64,000 nt of DNA from Octopus sinensis (Eukaryota), in contig NC_043005.1 in assembly GCF_006345805.1 (NCBI RefSeq), positions 49,848,001 to 49,912,000 of the forward strand. The letters run 5' to 3'. The notes beneath the pieces were generated by a model. The model did no database searches. It was not told where the DNA came from and saw only the letters and a list, made by a program, of their open reading frames with translations. Below are positions 24,223 through 36,010 of the stretch, one piece after another (within the stretch, counting starts at the first letter, position 1; every line of letters begins with the position of its first letter). A program made the translations under genes and the position numbers.

Positions 24223-24664
24223 CAGCCCTAGATTAACCATGAAGCAAAATAAGCACGTACTTGGGGTATCAAGGACATCAATAAGCATGTACTTAGGGCA
24301 TCAAGAGGGGCACCACAGAAAAGGTAAACGGTTTATGGCACAAAAGAAATCACTTTAAATTTGCTAAAATGATATTCGGGATGCTTTATCTCTGCTGAGT
24401 ATAGAAGCAAATGTATTACATGGGATTAATTTTGAGGATCTGATCAAAGATGTTACAATTAAAAAAATAGAAGAAAACTTTTCAAACATAAATAGTGGAA
24501 ACATACAAAAATAGACATTATTTTCCCTCTCACTGTTTTGTTTCATTTTGAAAAATAAAAATTTATTTTATGGTTTATTATTGTTTGTATTTTGAATTAC
24601 ACAGCTATGGAGGCATCAAAGTCTTTTAATGCTCCGGACCTCTATGAGTCTTAATTTGGCCCTG
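24223..24664 (+). mobile_element. hAT deletion derivative retaining the transposase C-terminus
   Basis: Imperfect TIRs cagccctagattaa / ttaatttggccctg; 8-bp TSD GTAGTGCA / GTAGTGCG. 24380-24478 translates DALSLLSIEANVLHGINFEDLIKDVTIKKIEEN, like the hAT dimerisation domain. Confidence 0.75.
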
Positions 24665-24948
24665 GTAGTGCGGCTCACTTCTCAAAAAAGGTTGCTTACG
24701 CTCTTCTGAGGGTCAAGTGGTAGTTGTTGTTGTTGTGATGGTGTTACACTTGACGTCCAGTTAGATTAAGTCTACTGGTCAATAAGGCATCTGCAAAGTT
24801 CCTGTTTATCAATTTTCACTCAAAAGGCTATCGTCGATTCAAAGCTAAGGTAGATGTTTGCTCAAGTTGCCGCGGCACAGTGATTGCCAACTTAGAACGA
24901 CGTGATTGAAAAGCAAACTTCTTAATCATATGAAGCCCAATGAGCATC

Positions 24949-25162
24949 GGTCATCATCGTCGTTGTCATCGTTGTCATCATCATCATCATTATTGTCGTC
25001 GTCATCATCATCATCATCGTCATCATCATTACTGTCGTCGTCATTGTCATCATTATTGTCGTTATCATCATCATCATCATTGTCATCATCATCATCATCA
25101 TCATCGTCATTGTCATCATCATTGTTGTCGTCATCATCATCATCATCATCGTTGTCGTCATT

Positions 25163-25197
<35 letters not shown>

Positions 25198-25276
25198 TAT
25201 CTTCATCATTATCATCATCATCATTATTGTCGTCGTCGTCGTCGTTGTCGTCACCTTCATCACCATCATCACCATT
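24949..25276. repeat. Degenerate (CAT/CGT)n tract
   Basis: Direct reading; explains the poly-His/Ser/Met ORFs. Confidence 0.95.
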
Positions 25277-25470
25277 AATAACAAGATTTCAAGATATGTG
25301 GTGGCTGGCGGACTGCAAAGAATTGGTAGGGTGACAGATTCTGTAATGATATATTTTAGTTGTGTTTTTTTTTTTTTTTGTTTCAGTTCCAAACTAAAAT
25401 CTCACATTGCTTTTTCATCTTTCCATGGTCAAGGAATTACTAACTTTGTGCTTATGGTAAAAACCACTAA

Positions 25471-25921
25471 TGCTTTCCTTACCTTAGCACAAGGTCACCA
25501 GAGATTTTTCTTAATTTTTTTTTTTCTGATTGGACTCAGGGTTTAAAAGATGAGATCGAATTATTGGTTATTTTATTGAGAGACACAAAACTCGTTTTTA
25601 GAAGAGTAATGTAATCGATGGAACTGAAGCCAATATATGATTGATGTTTATTTTTATTGAATGGCAGCAGGATGAAAGAAAAAAAAAAAGAAAACATTGC
25701 TTCCTTACCTTAGCACAAGGGTCACCAGAGGATTTTTCTTAATTTTTTTTTTTCTGATGGGACTCAGGGTTTAAAAGATGAGATCGAATTATTGGTTATT
25801 TTATTGAGAGACACAAAACTCGTTTTTAGAAGAGTAATGTAATCGATGAACTGAAGCCAATATATGATTGATGTTTATTTTATTGAATGCAGCAGGATGA
25901 AAGAAAAAAAAAAAGAAAACA
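25471..25921. repeat. Tandem duplication of about 227 bp (two copies)
   Basis: 25471-25697 repeats at 25698-25921; nearly all differences are 1-nt homopolymer length changes. Confidence 0.9.
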
Positions 25922-26010
25922 AAATAATACTGTCCCGAGACGGAATTTGAACTCAGAACACGGATACCACAAATTGCATTGCAGTACAGCTATCCATCAC
26001 ACGCAAGCGA

Positions 26011-26019
26011 ATATGTATG

Positions 26020-26053
<34 letters not shown>

Positions 26054-26175
26054 TGTATGCATGCATGCATGTATGCATGTATGTATATATGTATGCATGT
26101 ATGTATGTATGTATGTATGTATGTATGTATGCATGCATGTATGCATGCATGTATGCATGTATGTATGTATGTATG
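26011..26175. repeat. (TATG/CATG)n microsatellite
   Basis: Direct reading. Confidence 0.95.
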
Positions 26176-26204
26176 TGTCTCTCTCTCTCTGTATGTATGT
26201 GTAC

Positions 26205-26560
26205 GTACGTATGTATTCTTTTAGACTGTGGCCATGCTAGAATACTGCCCAAAGAAATCGGCCCCAGGACTTATGCTTTGTAAGCCAAGTACTTATTCTA
26301 TTGGTCTCTGTAGTTGAACCACAAAGTTACGAGGATGCAAACACACCAGCATCGGTTGCCAAATGATGGGGGAGGGGCGGCAAACACAAGGGCACACACA
26401 CGCAGACACACACACATGATGGGCTTCTTTCATTTTCCGTCTACCAAATCCACTCACAAGGCTTTGGTCGGCCCAAGGCTACAGTAGAAGACACTTGCTC
26501 AAAATGCCACACAGTGGGACTGAACCCAGATCCATGTGGCTGGGAAGCAAGCTTCTTACC
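26205..26560 (-). mobile_element. SINE family B
   Basis: Reverse complement of the B consensus. Confidence 0.8.
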
Positions 26561-26589
26561 ACAATACATTTATGTGCATATATGTAAAT

Positions 26590-26760
26590 ATATATATATA
26601 TATCGCTAGCCACACATTCTTTATTTTCTCTCCTTGTTTCTTTCAGGCGTAGGCTCGAAACGTTAAAGACTTTTTCGCTTCCCGAGCATTATACTAATAC
26701 ATCTGTTTGTTGTCTATATGACTTGTCTTCGTCTTTTGTTTTTTTGTGAATTCTCGCCCC
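26590..26760 (+). mobile_element. Family Y repeat with the 3' half of a hammerhead motif
   Basis: gcgtaggctcGAAACGTTaaag at 26647-26668. Confidence 0.6.
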
Positions 26761-26764
26761 CACC

Positions 26765-26797
<33 letters not shown>

Positions 26798-26802
26798 CAT
26801 AT

Positions 26803-26891
26803 GCATGGCTGTGTGGGTTAAAAAGTTCGCCTTTGCAGCCACATGGTTTCGGCTTCAGTCCCAATGCATGTCACTTTGAGTAAGTGTCTTC
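26803..26891 (+). mobile_element. 5' part of a SINE B split by the LTR retrotransposon
   Basis: …gagtaagtgTCTTC| continues after the element as TCTTCtacaatagcc… (31392 onward). Confidence 0.85.
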
Positions 26892-27087
26892 TGTTGTTGT
26901 TATATATATATAATGTATTGAGTATTAAAGGAAGTAGTGAGTACTTAGTATGAAAGATTAAGCTTTATTCGACTGCCGTTGTTGTACAAGTTAATTGTTT
27001 TGGCGGGAAACAAAGTGAAAGTCCTTTTATCAAGGGAGACAATGGCGACGTTGATTGTTCATGTTTGTTGTGATGATTTATATAACA
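26892..27087 (-). repeat. 3' LTR (196 bp, lacks 42 bp present in the 5' LTR)
   Basis: Identical to 31154-31391 by eye except for the 42-bp deletion and two 1-nt homopolymer indels. Confidence 0.95.
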
Positions 27088-27117
27088 TCTCCCTTTTTTT
27101 TTTTTTTTTTTTTTTAT
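27088..27117 (-). promoter_or_regulatory. Polypurine tract
   Basis: On - it reads (A)n GGGAGA directly before the 3' LTR. Confidence 0.9.
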
Positions 27118-27281
27118 TTTTTTTATATCATCTGTATCTACAGGGAATAATTATTCGTCGTCCACTTTTTGTGGTTTTTTATTTTTTGTAGTGTTGAATT
27201 CTGTAGTTGTGCTGTTTTTGTTTTTTTTTTCATGCGTGTTTGTTGACTTTGGAAATATATTTTCATAATCTAATTCTTCTG

Positions 27282-28200
27282 TTATGCGAACGTGTCGTTT
27301 GTTTTAAGAATATGTTGTCTATTTCGTTTGACTGTATTCCTTCCTCTGTTATTACTAAGTATGAACGAGGGTTGCTCTAGTTTTTTAATTATTTTGCCCC
27401 TTCTAAACCAATTGTTGTTAAACTTAATTCTAACCGTGTCGTGTGGTTTTAAACTCTGGGAGTTCTGTTGTAATGTTTGATTTCTTCTTTTCGTGAGGCC
27501 TGATACCATTTTGTCGTGGTAATATGTTTGGGAGATTTGTTCGCAATGTTCTATTCATTATTGATTTGCAGGGGATGGTGCACCATTTTGTAATTTAGTC
27601 GTGCGTAATGCTAAGAGCGCTAACTGAGTTCTTCGCCACTTTTGAATGCCTTTTTTAGCGTCTTTTTTATTGTCTATATTTCTCTCAACCATGCCATTCG
27701 CTTGATGATAATGCGGGGCTTGTCTTCGTGTGATGAAAATGCCAATTTTTTGCAATTTTTGAATTCAGCCGAATTGAATTCTGGACCGTTGTCACTACAA
27801 CTGTTTGCGGAATTCCCGAATTTAGCAAAAGTTTCTTTTAATTTTTTGATTACGGTTTTTGATTGGCAATCATTTATTTCGTGTAGATCAAAAAATCTTG
27901 TTGTATAGTCAATAATTGTGACATACGATTTCCAGACAGGTGAAATACGTCTGTACCCACTTTGGTCCATGGTGTAGTAGGTATTTCATGATTTATAGTG
28001 GTTCGGCTGCTTGTTGATTTTGTAGTCAATGCAGTATGAGCATGTGTTAATCATGTCTTTGATTTGAGCGTTAATGCCGGGCCAGTATATACATTCCTTG
28101 GCTCTCTCTACTGCATTTTTCGATACCCATGTGTCCGGTATGTATTTCCTGTAGAGCTTCTCTACGTAATGACTTAGGTACAATTATTCTTGAACCTTTT
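27282..28200 (-). pseudogene. pol: pol integrase region, frameshifted
   Basis: ERAKECIYWPGINAQIKDMINTCSYC (zinc-binding region), IIDYTTRF, SDNGPEF, PHYHQANGMVER. Confidence 0.9.
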
Positions 28201-28409
28201 AGAACGAGACCATTGACGATTGATATTTCATCACGAACAGATACGAATGGTTTTGATGTTTATTGGTATTTTTGTCTTTTGGGGCCATTCTGTTCTTGTA
28301 AATGTGACGAGTGTCTGTAGAGACGGGCGTCTGCAGTGGCTTCTTTATACTCGTTTAATTTAGTGTCGGTTATGGGGTAAATTTTTTATTACTGCATGAA
28401 TGTGCGATT

Positions 28410-29700
28410 TCATATCTTCGTCTGATACTTCTGGAGTATTTTGCTCAAGGTATGCACGTGATGGGTATCTGCAACAATTGATTCTTTACCAGGTATGTGG
28501 TTTAGGTCAAAATCATATCTTTGTAATGTTAGTAGAAATCTTTGGATTCTGGGGGGGCATTTAGTGATCGATTTTTTGAATATTTGCTTCAACGGTTTAT
28601 GGTCATTTTCGATTCTGAAATGAGTTCCGTATATAAACTGATGAAATTTCTTGCATGCGAAAACTATACTGAGAGCTTCGCTCTCTATCGGAACAGTAGT
28701 TTTGTTCCGCTTGAGTTGTTGCACGAGATGCAAACGAAACAGGTAGCCATCTTTCGTTGTGTTTCTGCTCAAGTATCGCTCCGAGCCCATGCTTCTAGCA
28801 TCTGTAGTTATTTTTATTGGTAGATCTGGATCATAAAATTGTAGCACTGGTTTTCTGGTAATCATTTCTTTTAGCTTTTTATTGCTTCGATTTGTGGTTT
28901 GTCGAATGACCATAACGTGTCACTCTGTAGAAGCTGGTGGCAATGGTGCTGTGACTTCGGAGTAATTAGATAAAAATTTACATAGGTAATTTGTCATACC
29001 TAGGAATCTTTGTAATTCTTTTTTACTTGTTGGCAGTGCATGTGAATGATTGCTTGTACCTTGGTTGGATCTTGTTTTATCCCTTCGCTGGTTAATATAT
29101 GCCCAAGGTACTTGATTTGTGATTCATAGAAGATACACTTTGATTTATTTAACTTTAATCCGTGCTTTCGGATTCGATCGAAAACTTGTTGTAGTCTATT
29201 TGTGTGTTCTTCTAAAGTGTTGGACCAGATTATGATGTCATCCTGTGAATTTCTTTCCCTTCTATGCCCTCTATTATTTTTGAAATTTCTTTTTGGAAAA
29301 CTTCACTGGCGCTGTGAATTCCAAAGGGTAGTCGTGTGAAGCGATACTTCCAAAAGGTGTGTTGAACGTTAAAAGATGGGAGCTTTCTTGTCGTCAACTG
29401 GAATTTGCCAGTATCCATTAGATGCATCTAGTTTTGAAAAATATTTAGGGTTATGCATTTGTGTGCAAAAATGTCCTCCGCTGTAGGGAGTTTGAAATGT
29501 TGCCTTTTTATGGCTTTGTTTAGATTCTTGGGGTCTAAACAGAGTCGGAGTTTTCCGTTGGCTTTTTCAACGATGACTAGGGAATTTACCCAGTCTGTAG
29601 GTTCACTAACAGGTTTTGATATCAATTCTGATATCTATTCTTTTTAATTTAATTCTTGTTGAGTTTTTCTTTATAGAAAAAGGAACCGATCTTGGTGGAT
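28410..29700 (-). pseudogene. pol: pol reverse transcriptase and RNase H region, frameshifted
   Basis: WVNSLVIVEKANGKLRLCLDPKNLNKAIKRQH, YRFTRLPFGIHSASEVFQK, NSQDDIIIW, ITTDA, ENDHKPLKQIFKK, CPPRIQRFLLTLQRYDF. Confidence 0.92.
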
Positions 29701-29906
29701 GAATTAACAGGAGTTATTTGTGGATCCACTGTGATATGATGTGTTATTGACAAAGTGCCGATTTCTCCGAAACAGTCTTCATATTTTTCTAATATGTCGT
29801 TTGTGTTCGACGAATTTTATTTTTGAAATTCTCTGAATCAGGTTCAGATCTTTAGCTGTCTTTGCATCTATAACTGCGTGCGAGTTTGTTTTTGCAACAA
29901 TGAATT

Positions 29907-30449
29907 TTATTTGCTTTGATAATTCTTTGTATTTATGACTGCTGTGCATTTTCCTAGCACTTTTATAGCTGTGTTATTATAAGCTGATAATCGAGTTGAA
30001 GTTTTTTGCAGTTGTGGTTTTGGAATTATATTTCTATATTCTCTGAATGGCAGTACGGTTACGTCTGCTCCTGTATCTATTTTGAATGTTACATTCGAGT
30101 TGTTCACTTTTAGTTCGACCGTCCAAATGTCTTTTGGAGTCTTGAACTTTTCGATTTTGTGCACGCGGGAATTATTTGCAGTGATCATTTCGAGTGCATG
30201 TGTATCGTCATCTGATTCATCGTTGGTATGTATCTCTATTTTATGTACAAATTTTCTTGATTTGCACATTTTTGCATAGTGTCCTTGTTTCTTGCATTTT
30301 TCACATGTCTTGTGAAATGCTGGGCATTTATTTCTTTTGTGATTATAACCACAATAGTGACAGTTAGTGACGTAGTGTTGACTTGGCGCTTGAAACTTCG
30401 CGGGCTTTCTGTCACTTCCGCCTTGTTCGTTTTGATGTCTGGATTGCAT
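29907..30449 (-). pseudogene. pol: gag zinc knuckle and aspartic protease
   Basis: CHYCGYNHKRNKCPAFHKTCEKCKKQGHYAKMC (CCHC); FKIDTGADVTVL (protease DTG). Confidence 0.92.
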
Positions 30450-31076
30450 ATGGCGGTTTATTTGAGTTTTGGCGCCTTTTCTGTCGTGTTGACTATATAC
30501 CCTCGAGATTTCGTTATCTCTTGTTTCGGATGTGGCATTTAGTATCCTTGATTGGAGTCGTGTTTGCTCTGCACTCTGACCTGCTTGAATTGTTTTTTGT
30601 CTAGTCTAAATTTGGTTCTCTCAATAATCTTTCTCGTAATCTCATGTCTCTGATTCCACATATCAGAATATCTTTGGTGAGACTGTCTGTGAGGTTGCCG
30701 AATTCGCACTGTTGTGCCTTTTGGCGCAACTCTACTACGTACTCATCGAATTTTTGATGTTCCGCTTGTCCACATGTGAAGAATTTGTGTCTTAGGAAAG
30801 TTATTTTTTCCTGGGTTCACAATATGCATCGAATTTTTCGATTACTGTCTGAAGGTTCATTTCTTCGTCGGGTGAATCGAAATCCAGTGTGGAATGGATA
30901 TCTCGGCCTTTAGAACCGATGCAAGTTAAAAACATTGAAGTTTTTACTTTGTCTGGCTTCATGTCACTTTCTGTTGCTATCAAAAAGAGATTGAATTCTT
31001 TTTTCCACTTTTTCCATGCTGCGGCTAGATTTTCCTGATTAAAGTCTAGGTCTTTTGGATGCGGTAAATTTTCCAT
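30450..31076 (-). pseudogene. gag: gag N-terminal region, frameshifted
   Basis: MENLPHPKDLDFNQENLAAAWKKWKKEFNLFLIATE…, typical of Mag-like gag; likely ATG at 31076. Confidence 0.85.
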
Positions 31077-31142
31077 TTCGTCTTTGAAGTATGATTTCAA
31101 CTTCTTTTTCCTTTGGTTTCTGTATTTTGGGTTCTTTTAGTA

Positions 31143-31153
31143 TTCTGACACCA
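31143..31153 (-). promoter_or_regulatory. Primer-binding site, tRNA-Leu(CAA)-type
   Basis: TGGTGTCAGAA directly after the 5' LTR; complementary to the …UUCUGACACCA 3' end of metazoan tRNA-Leu(CAA). Confidence 0.85.
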
Positions 31154-31391
31154 TGTTGTTGTTATATATATATAATGTATTGAGTATTAAAGGAAGTAGT
31201 GAGTACTTAGTATGAAAGATTAAGAAAATGAGAGAGACTGAAACAACGTGTTAACGATACGAGATACTTTATTCGACTGCCGTTGTTGTACAAGTTAATT
31301 GTTTTGGCGGGAAACAAAGTGAAAGTCCTTTTATCAAGGGAGACAATGGGCGACGTTGATTGTTCATGTTTGTTGTGATGATTATATAACA
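31154..31391 (-). repeat. 5' LTR (238 bp)
   Basis: TG…CA termini; AATAAA on the - strand. Confidence 0.95.
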
Positions 31392-31870
31392 TCTTCTACA
31401 ATAGCCTTGGATCGACCAATACCTTGTAAGTGAGTTTGGTAGACAGAAACTGTGTGAAAGCCCATTATATATAGATATATGTACACACACACAGACACAA
31501 ACACACATATTGTGTGTGTGTGTGTCTTTTTACATGTATTTGTCCCCCACACCACTTGATACCTGGTGTTGATTTGATTGATTGCGAATTCAGAACAACG
31601 AGATTGTGAAGCAAACTTCTTAACCACATGAAGCCAAATATGCGTTGATCATCATCGTCATCATCAGCATCATCATTTAAGGGTTTGGTGAAAGAGGCCA
31701 GTAGATTAAGTACAGACATAAAATTAAACTAAGTAGTGGGGTCAAATTTGATTGACTAAACTCTTGGTGCCCCAGCATGGCTGCATTCAAGTGACCGAGA
31801 CAAATTAAAAGTAAAAAGCATCGCTCCTGCATGACCACAGCCAAATGACTGAAATAAGTAAGAGAATAAA
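31392..31870 (+). mobile_element. 3' part of the split SINE B
   Basis: Continues the B core and tail. Confidence 0.75.
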
Positions 31871-31890
31871 AGAAAAACATTTACGTATAT

Positions 31891-32276
31891 GATGGATGGA
31901 AGCACTCCGTCGGTTACGACGATGAGGGTTCCGGTTGATCCGAATCAACTGAACAGCCTGCTCGTGAAATTAACGTGTAAGTGGCTGAGCACTCCACAGA
32001 CACGTGTACCCTTAACGTAGTTCTCGGGGATATTCAGCGTGACACAGAGAGTGACAAGGCCGGCTCCTTGAAATACAGGTACAAACAGAAACAGGAAGTA
32101 GAGTGAGAGAAAGTTGTGGTGAAAGAGAGCAGGGATCACCCCATCCCTGCCGGAGCCTCGTGGAGCTTTAGGTGTTTTCGCTCAATCAAAACACTCACAA
32201 CGCCCGGTCTGGGAATCGAAACCGCGATCCTATGACTGCGAGTCTGCTGCCCTAACCACTGGGCCATTGCGCCTCC
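31891..32276 (-). mobile_element. SINE family C with a tRNA-Arg-like head, full length
   Basis: On -: GGAGGCGCAATGGCCCAGTGGTTAGGGCAGCAGACTCGCAGTCATAGGATCGCGGTTTCGATTCCCAGACC; TCG at the anticodon-like position. Confidence 0.85.
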
Positions 32277-32324
32277 AATTTACGTATATAGACACACATA
32301 TGTATGTCTTGTGATTGTAATTTG

Positions 32325-32545
32325 ATTTCTTATTTTGGCACAAGGCTATCCATTTCAAGGAGGCTGGTGCAAGTCCATTACATCGACTCCAGTTTTTGAC
32401 TGGTACTTTATTTTTATCAACGTGGAAAGAATAAAAGGCATAGTTGACCATGGTGGGATTCGAACTCAGAATGTAATGAATCGGACGAAACACGGCTAAG
32501 CATTTTTGCCTGACAGGTTAACAATACTCTCAGCTCGCCACCTCT
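32325..32545 (-). mobile_element. SINE family A, diverged
   Basis: Body similarity. Confidence 0.7.
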
Positions 32546-34665
32546 TGTGCCAATCTTACAGAGGTAATAGATATACAGTATTCCAAATGTTGTGTCAATT
32601 CACTTGTTGTCAAAGGCCCCTCAGGTGCAGTGGCGGCTCGTAGATAAAATTAGGGGGTGGTATTGCTTCAGAAAATTTTTAGCCATTGTTTTAATATTGT
32701 GTAAAAGGAAACAAACTTATAAAAAGAAAATTTATACATAAACTTGATCGGTTTGCATTTTATCCACTGTCGGGTAGTGTGTTTAATTTGTTCGATGAAC
32801 ACCGCCACGAATTCTCCCTTGTTTTTCAAAAATCACCCCTAAAGTACAAAATAAGGGGAGTGGGAAATGTGCTCTATTTTTCAAATCCTGGCAACAACAC
32901 TGAAGCTAGAAGTAGGATAATAATGTAATTTTACACGTTATCACATTCAAGAATATAAACACGTTTGTAAGCACAACAGATGCAGAGTCAAAAGGAAACA
33001 CTACCTTTCATCTGGTCCTGTTGTTCAAGCACTACTCTCTCTTCCTAGTGTGAAGCTTCATATCTCGGACATGTGAGCATGCACACAACATCTAAATACT
33101 GCGTCGCTGGAACTGTGAAGCGCACAGTTCTATACAAGGATTTTGTATTTTTGTCATACATTAGGAGATGGCTACTGACATAAAGCTTAAAGATTATATA
33201 ATGTACAAGTATACAGAAAGAATTAAACAAAAAAGGACTCACTATATTGAATGTTATCGATATTATCGAATGGAAATAGGGGTGCTGCAGTTCTGCTGTT
33301 CCTATATACGAGCCACCATTGCTCAGGTGTACAGAAATATGGGCTCTGCTGTAACATACTATTCTGCTCATTACATGTTTGTAATTGATCAGCAGTCGAT
33401 TAAATCGATATCAGCTCTTGATTATTAGGTTATTTTATTGACTTTATTTAAAGATGAAAGGCAAAAAATGACTTCGACAAGATCGGCGCTTTAATGATTA
33501 TGCCAGTCTACTGCCTTAAAAATGTAATTAAATAAAGACGAGAAAGTAGAGTGTTAATGTCGTCGTGTTGTCGCTATATTGTCTCGTGAAAGGGAGTTGT
33601 TTACGTTGCATGAAGAAACGCTTCACTAACACTTTCTCTTCGAATTGACAAAATCATTTGAACAACGGATAGAAATGTGTTCCAGTATGGCATTCATTCT
33701 ATCTGCATGCTGAGTTCAAAAACCTTTTAGCATGCATACACAAGTGTAGTCCTCTCTCCGCTGACTTGGATTTTTTTTTTCATAATTTTCAGAAAAATGA
33801 ATATTTTTTAATGAAATTTTCTACAAATACCTTTCAGACAGCAAAGATTATGATTATATTGGAATGTAATGCTAAAAATGACATAAAAAAGGTTAGCGTG
33901 CACACATATATACTGGCACATGATTTCAATCAAAGTTTCATTTTGTAGGTATGTATGTGTTGTGTGTCAGCATGCATGTGTAATTTACTTTTTCACATTA
34001 AATTCTGATATAATCGTAATATATATCATCAATACAGATGATTTAAAAAAAAAAATATTTCAGAAAGTTTTGAGGAAACGAAGTCAACTCCTTTGAATTA
34101 TTCGAAACTCCTCTTCCTCTGAAAAATTTTCACAACAAATTCCGATAAGTATATGTAGAAAATTTCATTGAAAAATATTAATTTTTCTGAAAATTTATGA
34201 GGAAACAAAGTAGATAAGATGCTCAATTGTGTAGGTGTGCTGATAAATTAACTACTATTACAGTACTATAACGGTTGTTTCCTCCTTGTCTCTTTCTTTC
34301 TTTCTTTGTGGGAGAAATCGGCTATGGTCAGGCCTAGAGAAGAAGAAACTCCTCTAGGTTTAAATACCCAAAACACACAGCATCACATGGGCAGCACACC
34401 TACGATATCAAGAGGTGAATGAAGCTTGAAAAAGAGAAAGATAAAACAGATTATGTCAATAAGAAATGAATATGAACCATACCATGTAGTGAAATAGCAT
34501 TTGACAAATAAAGCCACTAGTGATATAAAAATCATAAAAAGGTTCTTTAAAATATAGCACAAATTAACATAAAATTAGCACATGACTGTAATTTGAAAAC
34601 ATGAATGTGCATGTTAAAAATGCATATTATTGCTAGTTTTGACATTATTTAACAAGAAGCCTTTC

Positions 34666-34702
<37 letters not shown>

Positions 34703-35516
34703 TTTTGATATAAGTATGTGTATAGCCATGGATATGTATTTGTAAGCATGCGTATCTGTGTATGTGTAAAAGAGCGTATGTTTGTGCTTAAGCACACATA
34801 TACACGACTGTATGTGTATGTATCCATTCGAACTTGTGTATTTGTATACTTGTCTCCATATATGTCAATAATGCGGTTACACAGCTTGTATACATAATTT
34901 TTCTTATTTCGTTTTTTTTCATACCCCTCCTTTTTCTTTTTTCCTTCCCCCTTCTTCGTTCCTTTTTCTCTCTCTTCCTTTCTTTCGTTTTTTTTTTCTC
35001 TAACTGATACTGATACAACTTTACGTCCCCCTTACTTAAGCTTTACTCAGTATATGAGAATCGCTACTTCGATGATTTTAACTTGCGTGCGAGATAGATT
35101 GCGTGCATATATGTACGCATGCATTTATGTGTATATTTTATATTTATATTTATACGTCTGTATATGTATGGCGTTTGCACGCATCCTTCTGTGTATGTTG
35201 ATATATATATGTACACTTTAATATAAATATGTATTGCAGTGTAATATTTATAATAGGTTTTAATTTCTATGCATTAATTATACTTTCTTCATTAACGTCA
35301 ATATGTAGTTTATTCAATGTAAGGTTTTTTCCTCGAATTTTATAATTTTTATAATTTTTTATATATATATACATATATTTTTGAGCTTTTTTGTTTATCG
35401 CTCGAAGATTGACCGTTATTTCTAAAGAGCCAATCAAACAAGTCCATTTTTTTTAAAGGTGTAGCGTTTGTAAGAGTCTAGATTGAATTGATATATCGGT
35501 TCCATTCTAGCAAAAA

Positions 35517-35553
35517 CTGTCTGATGAACGGCACGAGAAACTCAGAGTAACAG
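35517..35553 (+). ncRNA. Minimal type I hammerhead ribozyme motif (Penelope-like)
   Basis: CTGT-CTGATGA-acggcacga-GAAACTC-A-GAGT-A-ACAG: canonical core, palindromic stem III (ACTC/GAGT), stem I CTGT/ACAG extendable to about 12 bp, predicted cleavage after GUA at 35549; stem II is weak. Confidence 0.65.
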
Positions 35554-35584
35554 ATTTTGTTGAATTTTCTGCTGCTTTAATAAG

Positions 35585-35835
<251 letters not shown>

Positions 35836-35836
35836 T

Positions 35837-36010
35837 GGAGGCGCAATGGCCCAATGGTTAGAGCACGGACTCGCGGTCGTAGGATCGCGGTTTCGATTCC
35901 AGACCGGGCGTTGTGAGTGTTTATTGAGCGAAAACACCTATAGCTCCACGAGGCTCTGGCAGGGGGTGGTGGCGATCCCTGCTGTACTCTTTCGCCACAA
36001 CTTTCTCTCA
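35837..36010 (+). mobile_element. SINE family C, 3'-truncated
   Basis: Head and body match 31891-32276. Confidence 0.85.

Larger units (their letters stand above)
26892..31391 (-). mobile_element. Full-length Ty3/gypsy LTR retrotransposon (4500 bp, Mag-like gag-pol)
   Basis: TG…CA LTRs at 26892-27087 and 31154-31391; 5-bp TSD TCTTC (26887-26891, 31392-31396); PBS and PPT; domain order gag-CCHC-PR-RT-RH-IN. Confidence 0.97.

Noticed and set aside
24906-25392. His-rich / Ser-rich 112-156 aa ORFs as a metal-binding or structural protein
   Set aside because: A degenerate (CAT)n tract open in several frames on both strands, with no splice or codon evidence.
32628-32903. DNA transposon bounded by CAGTGGCGG… and …CAACACTG
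   Set aside because: The two ends are not convincing inverted repeats of each other and no TSD was found.
35837-35910. tRNA-Arg gene (also 32205-32276 on -)
   Set aside because: The head continues directly into the SINE C body and has no proper acceptor stem; it is a SINE head.
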